From contig NW_027140008.1 in the NCBI RefSeq assembly GCF_035084215.1, positions 1 through 64,000 on the forward strand: a stretch of 64,000 nucleotides of DNA. Direction: 5' to 3'. This document shows positions 38,885-51,188 of the stretch, one piece after another. Under the pieces are notes generated by a model that had not been told where the DNA came from, did no database searches, and saw nothing but the letters and a program-made list of their open reading frames with translations. How positions within the stretch are numbered: the first letter of the stretch is position 1; each line of letters opens with the position of its first letter. The position numbers and the translations under genes are program-made. This DNA is from Heptranchias perlo (lineage: Eukaryota).

Positions 38885-39530
38885 CGGTCTCAGAGACCAG
38901 GCCTGGGGGGGAGTGGGGGATGGGGGTCCACAGGGTCTCGGAGACCAGGCCTGGAGGGTGGAGTGGGGGACGGGGTTTGCAGGGTCTCGGAGACCAGGCC
39001 TGGGGGGTGGAGTGGGAGATGGGGTCCACAGGGTCTCGGAGACCAGGCCTGGGGGGTGGAGTGGGGGACGGGGTTTGCAGGGTCTCGGAGACCAGGCCTG
39101 GGGGGGAGTGGGGGATGGGGGTCCACAGGGTCTCGGAGACCAGGCCTGGAGGGTGGAGTGGGGGATGGGGTCCACAGGGTCTCGGAGACCAGGCCTGGGG
39201 GGTGGAGTGGGGGACGGGGTTTGTAGGGTCTCGGAGACCAGGCCTGGGGGGTGGAGTGGGGGACGGGGTTTGCAGGGTCTCGGAGACAAGGCCTGGGGGG
39301 TGGAGTGGGGGACGGGGTTTGCAGGGCCTCAGAGACCAGGCCTGGGGGGTGGAGTGGGGGATGGGGTCCACAGGGTCTCGGAGACCAGGCCTGGGGGGTG
39401 GAGTGGGGGACGGGGTTTGTAGGGTCTCGGAGACCAGGCCTGGGGGGTGGAGTGGGGGACGGGTTTTTTAGGGTCTCGGAGACCAGGCCTGGGGGGTGGA
39501 GTGGGGGACGGGGTCTGCAGGGTCTCGGGG
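38885..39530. repeat. G-rich 49-bp minisatellite (second copy at ~44641-45286)
   Basis: CAGGGTCTCGGAGACCAGGCCTGGGGGGTGGAGTGGGGGA.. units. Confidence 0.93.
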
Positions 39531-39706
39531 CCAGCCCTCGGTGTGGGGAGGGGAGATGGACTGACTCTCTGCAGCCTGTGCGTCCTCTCTGGGCCAGGTA
39601 ACCGGCTGGGACGGGACGGGGGACAGAATGTGGTGACCCAGACAAATTGTGATGGGAGTAAAGGGGAATGACCAGGTCCAGAGCACTTGCCCTGTGTCCA
39701 GCACAG

Positions 39707-39760
39707 GCCCCAAAGACCTGGAGAAAACCCTGAGAACTAATCCCCCATCACCCCTAGACG
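39707..39760 (+). CDS. Candidate hinge/linker mini-exon (S)PKDLEKTLRTNPPSPLD
   Basis: TGTGTCCAGCACAG acceptor, G|GTGAGA donor, 54 nt, phase 1-1, open and Pro-rich; lies in the unique island between two minisatellites. Confidence 0.55.
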
Positions 39761-39774
39761 GTGAGAGAGTCGGG

Positions 39775-40270
39775 GGACTGGAGGGAGGGGCTTCGATGGG
39801 AGGGTTAGGGGATTAGAGGGAGGGGCTTGGATGGGCGGGTTAGGGGATTAGAGGGAGGGGCTTTGATGGGAGTGTTAGGGGATTAGAGGGAGGGGCTTTG
39901 ATGGGAGGGTTAGGGGATTAGAGGGAGGGACTTTGATGGGAGTGTTAGGGGATTAGAGGGAGGGGCTTTGATGGGAGGGTTAGGGGATTAGAGGGAGGGG
40001 CTTCAATGGGAGGGTTAGGGGCTTAGAGGGAGGGGCTTTGATGGGAGGGTTAGGGGATTAGAGGGAGGGGCTTTGATGGGAGGGTTAGGGGATTAGAGGG
40101 AGGGGCTTTGATGGGAGGGTTAGGGGATTAGAGGGAGGGTCTTCAATGGGAGGGTTAGGGGCTTAGAGGGAGGGGCTTTGATGGGAGGGTTAGGGGATTA
40201 GAGGGAGGGGCTTTGATGGGAGGGTTAGGGGATTAGAGGGAGGGGCTTTGATGGGCGGGTTAGGGGATTG
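39775..40270. repeat. G-rich 35-bp minisatellite (copy at ~45531-45886, four units shorter)
   Basis: GGATTAGAGGGAGGGGCTTTGATGGGAGGGTTAGG units. Confidence 0.93.
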
Positions 40271-40416
40271 GTGGAAGGAATAGATTACAAGGAGATGGGT
40301 TTCGATCGGCGATTAACGGTAGTTGAGGTCAGAGCTTCACTCGATGGGTGACAGCACCAGACGGGGGAGCCCAGGTTTCTCTGGGGCTTTTAAACCAATT
40401 CTTTTACTAATTGCAG

Positions 40417-40740
40417 CCCAGCGTCTGAAGTGTCCTGAAATAGTCACCATGGAAGTGGATTGGCAGAGGGTCACAGCCACCGCTGGGACCACACACCTTG
40501 CCTGCTTTGTGTTCGGCTTCTACCCTGGGGACGTGTACTTGACCTGGCGAGCTGAGGGCATCGAGGTCACAAACTCAACCATGACCTTCCCGGTGATCCC
40601 TGACCAGGGCGGGACATTCCGGACGGTCAGTCAGCTCTCGGTCCCATCGGAAGACTGGGAGGGGGGCCGAGTCTACAGCTGTCTGGTGGGACACCAGTCC
40701 TCGAAAGTGCTGATGGAGAGTCACCTCAGTAAGGATGGAG
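40417..40740 (+). CDS. Ig-like receptor C1-set domain C5
   Basis: CTAATTGCAG / GTAAGG, 324 nt, phase 1-1. RLKCPEIV..THLACFVFGFYPGDVYLTW..GTFRTVSQLSVPSEDWEGGRVYSCLVGH. Confidence 0.95.
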
Positions 40741-41019
40741 GTAAGGAGGGAGCCTCTCACTCGGATAACTCTCTGAGCTGCCTCCGCAGCCCAACCTCCC
40801 TAAACTCCAACTCATCCTAAACTCCTGACGGCCCCACGTCCTCCTGCTCTTTGCACCCCCCTCCCTCCCTTCCCCTCCCCTCCCCTGATCCACGCCCCAC
40901 TGGCTCTTTTGCTCCTCTGACACTTCAGTTCCAAATTCTTGTCCAGGTTGTCACTCCTGCCTCCGTATCATTCCCTCTGTCCCTTTCTCTGTGATCTCCT
41001 CCTTCCTTATATAGAATTA

Positions 41020-43180
41020 CACAGAATTTACAGCACAGGAACAGGCCATTCAGCCCATCAGGTCTATCCCGGTGTTTATGCTCCACACGAGCCTCCTCCC
41101 TCCCGACTCCATCTCACCCTCTCACCATTTCCTTCTATTCCTTTCTCCCCCATGTGTTTATCGAGCTTCCCCTTAAATCCATCTCCACTATTCACCTCAA
41201 CTACTCCTTGTGGGAGTGAGTTCCACATTCTCACCACTCTCTGGGGAAAGAAGTTTCTCCTGAATTCCCCATTGGATTTATCAGTGACTCTCTTATATTT
41301 ATGGCCCCCCCCTAGTTCTGGTCTCCCCCACAAGTGGGAATATCTTCTCTACGTCTACCCTATCGAACCCTCTCATAATCTGAAAGACCTCGATCAGGTC
41401 ACCCCTCAGTCTTCTCTTTGAGAGACAAGAGCCCCAGCCTGTTCAGCCTTTCCTGATAGTTATAAACCTCTCAGTTCTGGGATCACCCTGGTAAATCTTT
41501 TTTTGCACCTTCTCCTGTGCCTCGATATCCTTTTATATCCTAAAGCCCCCGCACACTTGCTTCTGCTCTCCAACACCCTTCTCTTTAACCCCTGCTCCTT
41601 CTGCTTGACCAGTGTTGCTCTCAGTGTTGGGGGGGTGGAAATCTGGAACTCTCTCCCCCAAAAATCTGTGGAGGCTGGGGGTCAATTGAAAATGTTAAAC
41701 TAAGATCGATAGATTTTTGTTGGGTGAGGGGATTCAGGGTTACTGAGCCAAGGCGGGTAAATGGAGTGAAGATACAGATCAGCCATGATCTAATGGAATG
41801 ACGGGACAGGCCCGAGGGGCAGAATGGCCTCCTCCTGTTCCTGTGTAACAGGCCCGAGGGGCTGAATGGCCTCCTCCTGTTCCTGTGTAACAGGCCCGAG
41901 GGGCTGAATGGCCTCCTCCTGTTCCTGTGTAACAGGCTCGAGGGGCTGAATGGCCTCCTCCTGTTCCTGTGTAACAGGCCCGAGGGGCTGAATGGCCTCC
42001 TCCTGTTCCTGTGTAACAGGCTCGAGGGGCTGAATGGCCTCCTCCTGTTCCTGTGTAACAGGCTCGAGGGGCTGAATGGCCTCCTCCTGTTCCTGTGTAA
42101 CAGACTCGAGGGGCTGAATGGCCTCCTCCTGTTCCTGTGTAACAGGCTCGAGGGGCTGAATGGCCTCCTCCTGTTCCTGTGTTCACCAGGCTCCTCTCCT
42201 CTGGGAATCCATTCCCTCCATCTGATCGCTTGCCTTCCTGATTTTAGAAACTTCCTTCAAATGCGAACTCTATCCCTGAACCCTGAACTTTATCCAATAC
42301 TAATCCCATCTCGGCTCCAAACACTTCCTGAACCTTCCTTCCCCACTGGATAAAACCTTCTCAAATCCAAACACAACCCCGAACTCATTATCTCCACCTC
42401 GAACTCTGAACCCCAACTCCGTCCATTTCCCCCTTCTGCCTGGTGTTTAGTATAGTATCACAGCATGTTATAGCACAGGATGAGGCCGTTCAGCCCATCG
42501 GGCCTGTGCCGGCTCTTTGAAAGATCTATCCAATCAGTCCCACTCCCCCTGCTCTTTCCCCGTCTCCCTGTAAATTTTTTCCCTTCCGGTATTTCTCCGA
42601 TTCCCCTTTTGAAAGTTATTATTGAATCTGTTCCCACTCCCCTTTCAGGCAGTGAATTCCAGATCATCACAACTCGCTGTAAAAAAACATTCTCCTCATC
42701 TCCCCCTCTGGCTCTTTCCCCGATCACCTTAAATCCGTGTCCTCTGGTTCCCGACCCTCCTGCCCCCTGGAAACAGTCTCTCCTTATTTACTCTCTCAAA
42801 ACCCCTTCCTGATTTTGAACCCCTCGATCAAATCTCCCCTTAACCTTCTCTGCTCTGAGGAGAACAATCCCAGCTTCTCCAGTCTCTCCACATCACTGAA
42901 GTCCCTCATCCCTGGGACCATTCCAGTAAATCTCCTCCGCACCCTCTCCAAGGCCGTCACATCTTTCCTAAAGTGCGGTGCCCAGAACTGGACACAATAC
43001 TCCAGTTGTGGTCGAACCAGTGTTTTATATAAAGGTTCATCATAACTCCCTCGCTTTTGTACTCTGTGCCTCTATTTATAAAGCCCAGGATCCCGAATGC
43101 TTTTCTAACCACTTTCTCAACCTGCCCTGCCACCTTCAATGATTTGTGTCCATTTACCCCCAGATCTCTCTGTTCCTATT
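41020..43180. mobile_element. CR1 3' fragments (mixed orientation) and a 42-bp CR1-tail minisatellite; duplicated at ~46636-48796
   Basis: RRNFFPQRVVRMWNSLP on the minus strand; AGGCTCGAGGGGCTGAATGGCCTCCTCCTGTTCCTGTGTAAC repeats at ~41810-42185; minus-strand CR1 piece 42460-43170. Confidence 0.8.
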
Positions 43181-43324
43181 CCTGTAATTGAGAAGTTGGA
43201 CCTGAGGAGAACAGAGTGAGGGACAGAGATCAGTGAGGACAAGATCCTCCAGGAAACAGGAGCTTGATAATCCTGAGAAAGATCACTCCCTGCTCTCAGT
43301 GTCTTGCTGCACTGACTCGCGATG

Positions 43325-44180
43325 AGAGAGGGATCGTCCCTCCCTCCCTCTCACTCCTCTGTGAAGAGGGATCGTCCCTCCCTCCCTCCCACTCCTCTGT
43401 GAAGAGGGATCGTCCCTCCCTCCCTCTCACTCCTCTGTGAAGGGGAATCGTCCCTCCCTCCCTCTCACTCCTCTGTGAAGGGGAATCGTCCCTCCCTCCC
43501 TCCCACTCCTCTGTGAAGAGGGATCGTCCCTCCCTCCCTCTCACTCCTCTGTGAAGGGGAATCGTCCCTCCCTCCCTCCCACTCCTCTGTGAAGAGGGAT
43601 CGTCCCTCCCTCCCTCCCACTCCTCTGTGAAGAGGGATCGTCCCTCCCTCCCTCCCACTCCTCTGTGATGAGGGATCGTCCCTCCCTCCCTCTCACTCCT
43701 CTGTGAAGAGGGATCGTCCCTCCCTCCCTCCCACTCCTCTGTGAAGAGGGATCGTCCCTCCCTCCCTCCCACTCCTCTGTGAAGAGGGATCGTCCCTCCC
43801 TCCCTCCCACTCCTCTGTGAAGAGGGATCGTCCCTCCCTCCCTCCCACTCCTCTGTGAAGAGGGATCGTCCCTCCCTCCCTCCCACTCCTCTGTGAAGAG
43901 GGATCGTCCCTCCCTCCCTCTCACTCCTCTGTGAAGAGGGATCGTCCCTCCCTCCCTCCCACTCCTCTGTGAAGAGGGATCGTCCCTCCCTCCCTCTCAC
44001 TCCTCTGTGAAGGGGAATCGTCCCTCCCTCCCTCCCACTCCTCTGTGAAGAGGGATCGTCCCTCCCTCCCTCCCACTCCTCTGTGAAGGGGAATCGTCCC
44101 TCCCTCCCTCCCACTCCTCTGTGAAGGGGAATCGTCCCTCCCTCCCTCCCACTCCTCTGTGAAGGGGAATCGTCCCTCCC
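43325..44180. repeat. 38-bp minisatellite (GAAGAGGGATCGTCCCTCCCTCCCTCCCACTCCTCTGT)
   Basis: Tandem units; the tandem-duplication junction lies at its right end. Confidence 0.95.
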
Positions 44181-44294
44181 TTCTGCCCCTCTGTCTGCGG
44201 CTGGATTTGACCCCAAGGTCCTCGAGGTGAAATTGAGTTTGTTCCTCCAGTTTCCCTCTCTCCTAATCCATGTTTCTTCTCCCTCCCCCCTCAG

Positions 44295-44615
44295 CACTCC
44301 CTCCCTCCCCTCCGTCTCTTCATCTGGTTCCACCGTCCATCCGGGAGATTCTAACCAATCGGACGGCTACGCTGGCCTGCATCGCCACTGAGTTCTACCC
44401 GGCTACGATATCCTTCGAGTGGCGGGTGGGGGGCTCGGAGATGGCCCATGGCCTCCGGACCCTGCCCCTTGCTGCCAATCCGGGCGGGACCTTCAGTTCC
44501 AGGAGTGAGTTAACGGTGCCTGTGGAGAGGTGGGAATCGGGCGAGAGCTTCACCTGTCTGGTTCGCCACCAATCACTGGGGAGCCCGGTAACCAGCACCG
44601 TCGCTAATGGAGACA
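44295..44615 (+). CDS. Duplicated domain C4'
   Basis: Translation identical to C4; splice sites intact; offset +5756. Confidence 0.85.
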
Positions 44616-45462
44616 GTGAGTAATCGACGGGGGTGGGGTCCGGTCTCAGAGACCAGGCCTGGGGGGGAGTGGGGGATGGGGGTCCACAGGGTCTCGGAGA
44701 CCAGGCCTGGAGGGTGGAGTGGGGGACGGGGTTTGCAGGGTCTCGGAGACCAGGCCTGGGGGGTGGAGTGGGAGATGGGGTCCACAGGGTCTCGGAGACC
44801 AGGCCTGGGGGGTGGAGTGGGGGACGGGGTTTGCAGGGTCTCGGAGACCAGGCCTGGGGGGGAGTGGGGGATGGGGGTCCACAGGGTCTCGGAGACCAGG
44901 CCTGGAGGGTGGAGTGGGGGATGGGGTCCACAGGGTCTCGGAGACCAGGCCTGGGGGGTGGAGTGGGGGACGGGGTTTGTAGGGTCTCGGAGACCAGGCC
45001 TGGGGGGTGGAGTGGGGGACGGGGTTTGCAGGGTCTCGGAGACAAGGCCTGGGGGGTGGAGTGGGGGACGGGGTTTGCAGGGCCTCAGAGACCAGGCCTG
45101 GGGGGTGGAGTGGGGGATGGGGTCCACAGGGTCTCGGAGACCAGGCCTGGGGGGTGGAGTGGGGGACGGGGTTTGTAGGGTCTCGGAGACCAGGCCTGGG
45201 GGGTGGAGTGGGGGACGGGTTTTTTAGGGTCTCGGAGACCAGGCCTGGGGGGTGGAGTGGGGGACGGGGTCTGCAGGGTCTCGGGGCCAGCCCTCGGTGT
45301 GGGGAGGGGAGATGGACTGACTCTCTGCAGCCTGTGCGTCCTCTCTGGGCCAGGTAACCGGCTGGGACGGGACGGGGGACAGAATGTGGTGACCCAGACA
45401 AATTGTGATGGGAGTAAAGGGGAATGACCAGGTCCAGAGCACTTGCCCTGTGTCCAGCACAG

Positions 45463-45516
45463 GCCCCAAAGACCTGGAGAAAACCCTGAGAACTAATCCC
45501 CCATCACCCCTAGACG
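45463..45516 (+). CDS. Duplicated candidate hinge mini-exon
   Basis: Identical to 39707-39760. Confidence 0.5.
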
Positions 45517-46032
45517 GTGAGAGAGTCGGGGGACTGGAGGGAGGGGCTTCGATGGGAGGGTTAGGGGATTAGAGGGAGGGGCTTGGATGGGCGGGTTAGG
45601 GGATTAGAGGGAGGGGCTTTGATGGGAGTGTTAGGGGATTAGAGGGAGGGGCTTTGATGGGAGGGTTAGGGGATTAGAGGGAGGGACTTTGATGGGAGTG
45701 TTAGGGGATTAGAGGGAGGGGCTTTGATGGGAGGGTTAGGGGATTAGAGGGAGGGGCTTCAATGGGAGGGTTAGGGGCTTAGAGGGAGGGGCTTTGATGG
45801 GAGGGTTAGGGGATTAGAGGGAGGGGCTTTGATGGGAGGGTTAGGGGATTAGAGGGAGGGGCTTTGATGGGCGGGTTAGGGGATTGGTGGAAGGAATAGA
45901 TTACAAGGAGATGGGTTTCGATCGGCGATTAACGGTAGTTGAGGTCAGAGCTTCACTCGATGGGTGACAGCACCAGACGGGGGAGCCCAGGTTTCTCTGG
46001 GGCTTTTAAACCAATTCTTTTACTAATTGCAG

Positions 46033-46356
46033 CCCAGCGTCTGAAGTGTCCTGAAATAGTCACCATGGAAGTGGATTGGCAGAGGGTCACAGCCACCGCT
46101 GGGACCACACACCTTGCCTGCTTTGTGTTCGGCTTCTACCCTGGGGACGTGTACTTGACCTGGCGAGCTGAGGGCATCGAGGTCACAAACTCAACCATGA
46201 CCTTCCCGGTGATCCCTGACCAGGGCGGGACATTCCGGACGGTCAGTCAGCTCTCGGTCCCATCGGAAGACTGGGAGGGGGGCCGAGTCTACAGCTGTCT
46301 GGTGGGACACCAGTCCTCGAAAGTGCTGATGGAGAGTCACCTCAGTAAGGATGGAG
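46033..46356 (+). CDS. Duplicated domain C5'
   Basis: Translation identical to C5; splice sites intact; offset +5616. Confidence 0.85.
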
Positions 46357-48939
46357 GTAAGGAGGGAGCCTCTCACTCGGATAACTCTCTGAGCTGCCTC
46401 CGCAGCCCAACCTCCCTAAACTCCAACTCATCCTAAACTCCTGACGGCCCCACGTCCTCCTGCTCTTTGCACCCCCCTCCCTCCCTTCCCCTCCCCTCCC
46501 CTGATCCACGCCCCACTGGCTCTTTTGCTCCTCTGACACTTCAGTTCCAAATTCTTGTCCAGGTTGTCACTCCTGCCTCCGTATCATTCCCTCTGTCCCT
46601 TTCTCTGTGATCTCCTCCTTCCTTATATAGAATTACACAGAATTTACAGCACAGGAACAGGCCATTCAGCCCATCAGGTCTATCCCGGTGTTTATGCTCC
46701 ACACGAGCCTCCTCCCTCCCGACTCCATCTCACCCTCTCACCATTTCCTTCTATTCCTTTCTCCCTCATGTGTTTATCGAGCTTCCCCTTAAATCCATCT
46801 CCACTATTCACCTCAACTACTCCTTGTGGGAGTGAGTTCCACATTCTCACCACTCTCTGGGGAAAGAAGTTTCTCCTGAATTCCCCATTGGATTTATCAG
46901 TGACTCTCTTATATTTATGGCCCCCCCCTAGTTCTGGTCTCCCCCACAAGTGGGAATATCTTCTCTACGTCTACCCTATCGAACCCTCTCATAATCTGAA
47001 AGACCTCGATCAGGTCACCCCTCAGTCTTCTCTTTGAGAGACAAGAGCCCCAGCCTGTTCAGCCTTTCCTGATAGTTATAAACCTCTCAGTTCTGGGATC
47101 ACCCTGGTAAATCTTTTTTTGCACCTTCTCCTGTGCCTCGATATCCTTTTATATCCTAAAGCCCCCGCACACTTGCTTCTGCTCTCCAACACCCTTCTCT
47201 TTAACCCCTGCTCCTTCTGCTTGACCAGTGTTGCTCTCAGTGTTGGGGGGGTGGAAATCTGGAACTCTCTCCCCCAAAAATCTGTGGAGGCTGGGGGTCA
47301 ATTGAAAATGTTAAAACGAAGATCGATAGATTTTTGTTGGGTGAGGGGATTCAGGGTTACTGAGCCAAGGCGGGTAAATGGAGTGAAGATACAGATCAGC
47401 CATGATCTAATGGAATGACGGAACAGGCCCGAGGGGCAGAATGGCCTCCTCCTGTTCCTGTGTAACAGGCCCGAGGGGCTGAATGGCCTCCTCCTGTTCC
47501 TGTGTAACAGGCCCGAGGGGCTGAATGGCCTCCTCCTGTTCCTGTGTAACAGGCTCGAGGGGCTGAATGGCCTCCTCCTGTTCCTGTGTAACAGGCCCGA
47601 GGGGCTGAATGGCCTCCTCCTGTTCCTGTGTAACAGGCTCGAGGGGCTGAATGGCCTCCTCCTGTTCCTGTGTAACAGGCTCGAGGGGCTGAATGGCCTC
47701 CTCCTGTTCCTGTGTAACAGACTCGAGGGGCTGAATGGCCTCCTCCTGTTCCTGTGTAACAGGCTCGAGGGGCTGAATGGCCTCCTCCTGTTCCTGTGTT
47801 CACCAGGCTCCTCTCCTCTGGGAATCCATTCCCTCCATCTGATCGCTTGCCTTCCTGATTTTAGAAACTTCCTTCAAATGCGAACTCTATCCCTGAACCC
47901 TGAACTTTATCCAATACTAATCCCATCTCGGCTCCAAACACTTCCTGAACCTTCCTTCCCCACTGGATAAAACCTTCTCAAATCCAAACACAACCCCGAA
48001 CTCATTATCTCCACCTCGAACTCTGAACCCCAACTCCGTCCATTTCCCCCTTCTGCCTGGTGTTTAGTATAGTATCACAGCATGTTATAGCACAGGATGA
48101 GGCCGTTCAGCCCATCGGGCCTGTGCCGGCTCTTTGAAAGATCTATCCAATCAGTCCCACTCCCCCTGCTCTTTCCCCGTCTCCCTGTAAATTTTCTCCT
48201 TCCAGTATTTCTCCGATTCCCCTTTTGAAAGTTATTATTGAATCTGTTCCCACTCCCCTTTCAGGCAGTGAATTCCAGATCATCACAACTCACTGTAAAA
48301 AAACATTCTCCTCATCTCCCCCTCTGGCTCTTTCCCCGATCACCTTAAATCCGTGTCCTCTGGTTCCCGACCCTCCTGCCCCCTGGAAACAGTCTCTCCT
48401 TATTTACTCTCTCAAAACCCCTTCCTGATTTTGAACCCCTCGATCAAATCTCCCCTTAACCTTCTCTGCTCTGAGGAGAACAATCCCAGCTTCTCCAGTC
48501 TCTCCACATCACTGAGGTCCCTCATCCCTGGGACCATTCCAGTAAATCTCCTCCGCACCCTCTCCAAGGCCGTCACATCTTTCCTAAAGTGCGGTGCCCA
48601 GAACTGGACACAATACTCCAGTTGTGGTCGAACCAGTGTTTTATATAAAGGTTCATCATAACTCCCTCGCTTTTGTACTCTGTGCCTCTATTTATAAAGC
48701 CCAGGATCCCGAATGCTTTTCTAACCACTTTCTCAACCTGCCCTGCCACCTTCAATGATTTGTGTCCATTTACCCCCAGATCTCTCTGTTCCTATTCCTG
48801 TAATTGAGAAGTTGGACCTGAGGAGAACAGAGTGAGGGACAGAGATCAGTGAGGACAAGATCCTCCAGGAAACAGGAGCTTGATAATCCTGAGAAAGATC
48901 ACTCCCTGCTCTCAGTGTCTTGCTGCACTGACTCGCGAT

Positions 48940-50845
48940 GAGAGAGGGATCGTCCCTCCCTCCCTCTCACTCCTCTGTGAAGAGAGGACTCGTCCCTCCC
49001 TCCCTCCCACTCCTCTGTGAAGAGGGATCGTCCCTCCCTCCTTCCCACTCCTCTGTGAAGGGGAATCGTCCCTCCCTCCCTCCCACTCCTCTGTGAAGAG
49101 CAATCGTCCCTCCCTCCCTCCCACTCCTCTGTGAAGAGCGATCGTCCCTCCCTCCCTCCCACTCCTCTGTGAAGAGGGATCGTCCCTCCCTCCCTCTCAC
49201 TCCTCTGTGAAGGGGAATCGTCCCTCCCTCCCTCCCACTCCTCTGTGAAGAGCAATCGTCCCTCCCTCCCTCCCACTCCTCTGTGAAGAGCAATCGTCCC
49301 TCCCTCCCTCTCACTCCTCTGTGAAGAGCAATCGTCCCTCCCTCCCTCCCACTCCTCTGTGAAGGGGGATCGTCCCTCCCTCCCTCCCACTCCTCTGTGA
49401 AGGGGAATCGTCCCTCCCTCCCTCTCACTCCTCTGTGAAGGGGAATCGTCCCTCCCTCCCTCCCACTCCTCTGTGAAGGGGAATCGTCCCTCCCTCCCTC
49501 TCACTCCTCTGTGAAGAGCAATCGTCCCTCCCTCCCTCCCACTCCTCTGTGAAGAGGGATCGTCCCTCCCCTCCCTCTCACTCCTCTGTGAAGAGCAATC
49601 GTCCCTCCCTCCCTCCCACTCCTCTGTGAAGAGCAATCGTCCCTCCCTCCCTCCCACTCCTCTGTGAAGGGGGATCGTCCCTCCCTCCCTCCCACTCCTC
49701 TGTGAAGAGGGATCGTCCCTCCCTCCCTCCCACTCCTCTGTGAAGAGCAATCGTCCCTCCCTCCCTCCCACTCCTCTGTGAAGAGCAATCGTCCCTCCCT
49801 CCCTCCCACTCCTCTGTGAAGAGGGATCGTCCCTCCCTCCCTCCCACTCCTCTGTGAAGAGGGATCGTCCCTCCCTCCCTCCCACTCCTCTGTGAAGAGG
49901 GATCGTCCCTCCCTCCCTCTCACTCCTCTGTGAAGAGCAATCGTCCCTCCCTCCCTCCCACTCCTCTGTGAGGAGCAATCGTCCCTCCCTCCCTCCCACT
50001 CCTCTGTGAGGAGCAATCGTCCCTCCCTCCCTCCCACTCCTCTGTGAGGAGCAATCGTCCCTCCCTCCCTCCCACTCCTCTGTGAAGAGCAATCGTCCCT
50101 CCCTCCCTCCCACTCCTCTGTGAAGAGCAATCGTCCCTCCCTCCCTCCCACTCCTCTGTGAAGAGGGATCGTCCCTCCCTCCCTCCCACTCCTCTGTGAA
50201 GGGGAATCGTCCCTCCCTCCCTCCCACTCCTCTGTGAAGAGCAATCGTCCCTCCCTCCCTCCCACTCCTCTGTGAAGAGCGATCGTCCCTCCCTCCCTCC
50301 CACTCCTCTGTGAAGGGGAATCGTCCCTCCGTCCCTCCCACTCCTCTGTGAAGAGGGATCGTCCCTCCCTCCCTCTCACTCCTCTGTGAAGAGCAATCGT
50401 CCCTCCCTCCCTCCCACTCCTCTGTGAAGAGGGATCGTCCCTCCCTCCCTCCCACTCCTCTGTGAAGAGGGATCGTCCCTCCCTCCCTCCCACTCCTTTG
50501 TGAAGAGGGATCGTCCCTCCCTCCCTCCCACTCCTCTGTGAAGGGGAATCGTCCCTCCCTCCCTCCCACTCCTCTGTGAAGAGCAATCGTCCCTCCCTCC
50601 CTCCCACTCCTCTGTGAAGAGGGATCGTCCCTCCCTCCCTCCCACTCCTCTGTGAAGAGGGATCGTCCCTCCCTCCCTCCCACTCCTCTGTGAAGGGGAA
50701 TCGTCCCTCCCTCCCTCCCACTCCTCTGTGAAGAGCGATCGTCCCTCCCTCCCTCCCACTCCTCTGTGAAGAGGGATCGTCCCTCCCTCCCTCCCACTCC
50801 TCTGTGAAGGGGAATCGTCCCTCCCTCCCTCCCACTCCTCTGTGA
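48940..50845. repeat. 38-bp minisatellite (long array)
   Basis: Same unit as 43325-44180. Confidence 0.95.
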
Positions 50846-50989
50846 GGGTTGCGGAGTGATTGGAAGGTTGTGTCTAACGATCTCCGGCCCCCACGGTTGA
50901 ATAGTTCACCACTCTTCTACCGGGATATAACTCTGAATAGTTCATCGGATGTTAACTGGATGCAACATGTGAACCTCTGCACCACACAG

Positions 50990-51127
50990 GGCCCTGGACT
51001 TGGCGCGGAAAGATTCAGCTCGCAGCCTGGCTCTGGGTACTCTGTGCAGTCGGAGGGCTGGTCATCTACACTGTCATCATCCTGGCCATTTACCAAGGCC
51101 TCAGGACCTGCTCGCGGAAGGGACAGT
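50990..51127 (+). CDS. Ig-like receptor transmembrane exon
   Basis: ACACAG acceptor, T|GTAAGT donor, 138 nt, phase 1-1. Translates GPWTWRGKIQLAAWLWVLCAVGGLVIYTVIILAIYQGLRTCSRKGQ: a hydrophobic helix followed by basic stop-transfer residues. Confidence 0.88.
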
Positions 51128-51188
51128 GTAAGTGGGGCATGTGCTGGGTTTATTGGGTCTGACCCAGAGTAACTCCTGCTGTAGTCCG

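Noticed and set aside
39775-40270. Interstitial telomeric repeat (GGGTTAGGG)
   Set aside because: Only one TTAGGG-like word per 35-bp unit, not (TTAGGG)n.
17578-46356. Conventional rearranging IgNAR/IgW/IgM cluster
   Set aside because: No separate D/J segments or RSS are visible, and V framework 2, the J motif, the TM and the tail do not match canonical IgH. A highly diverged germline-joined origin cannot be excluded without phylogeny.
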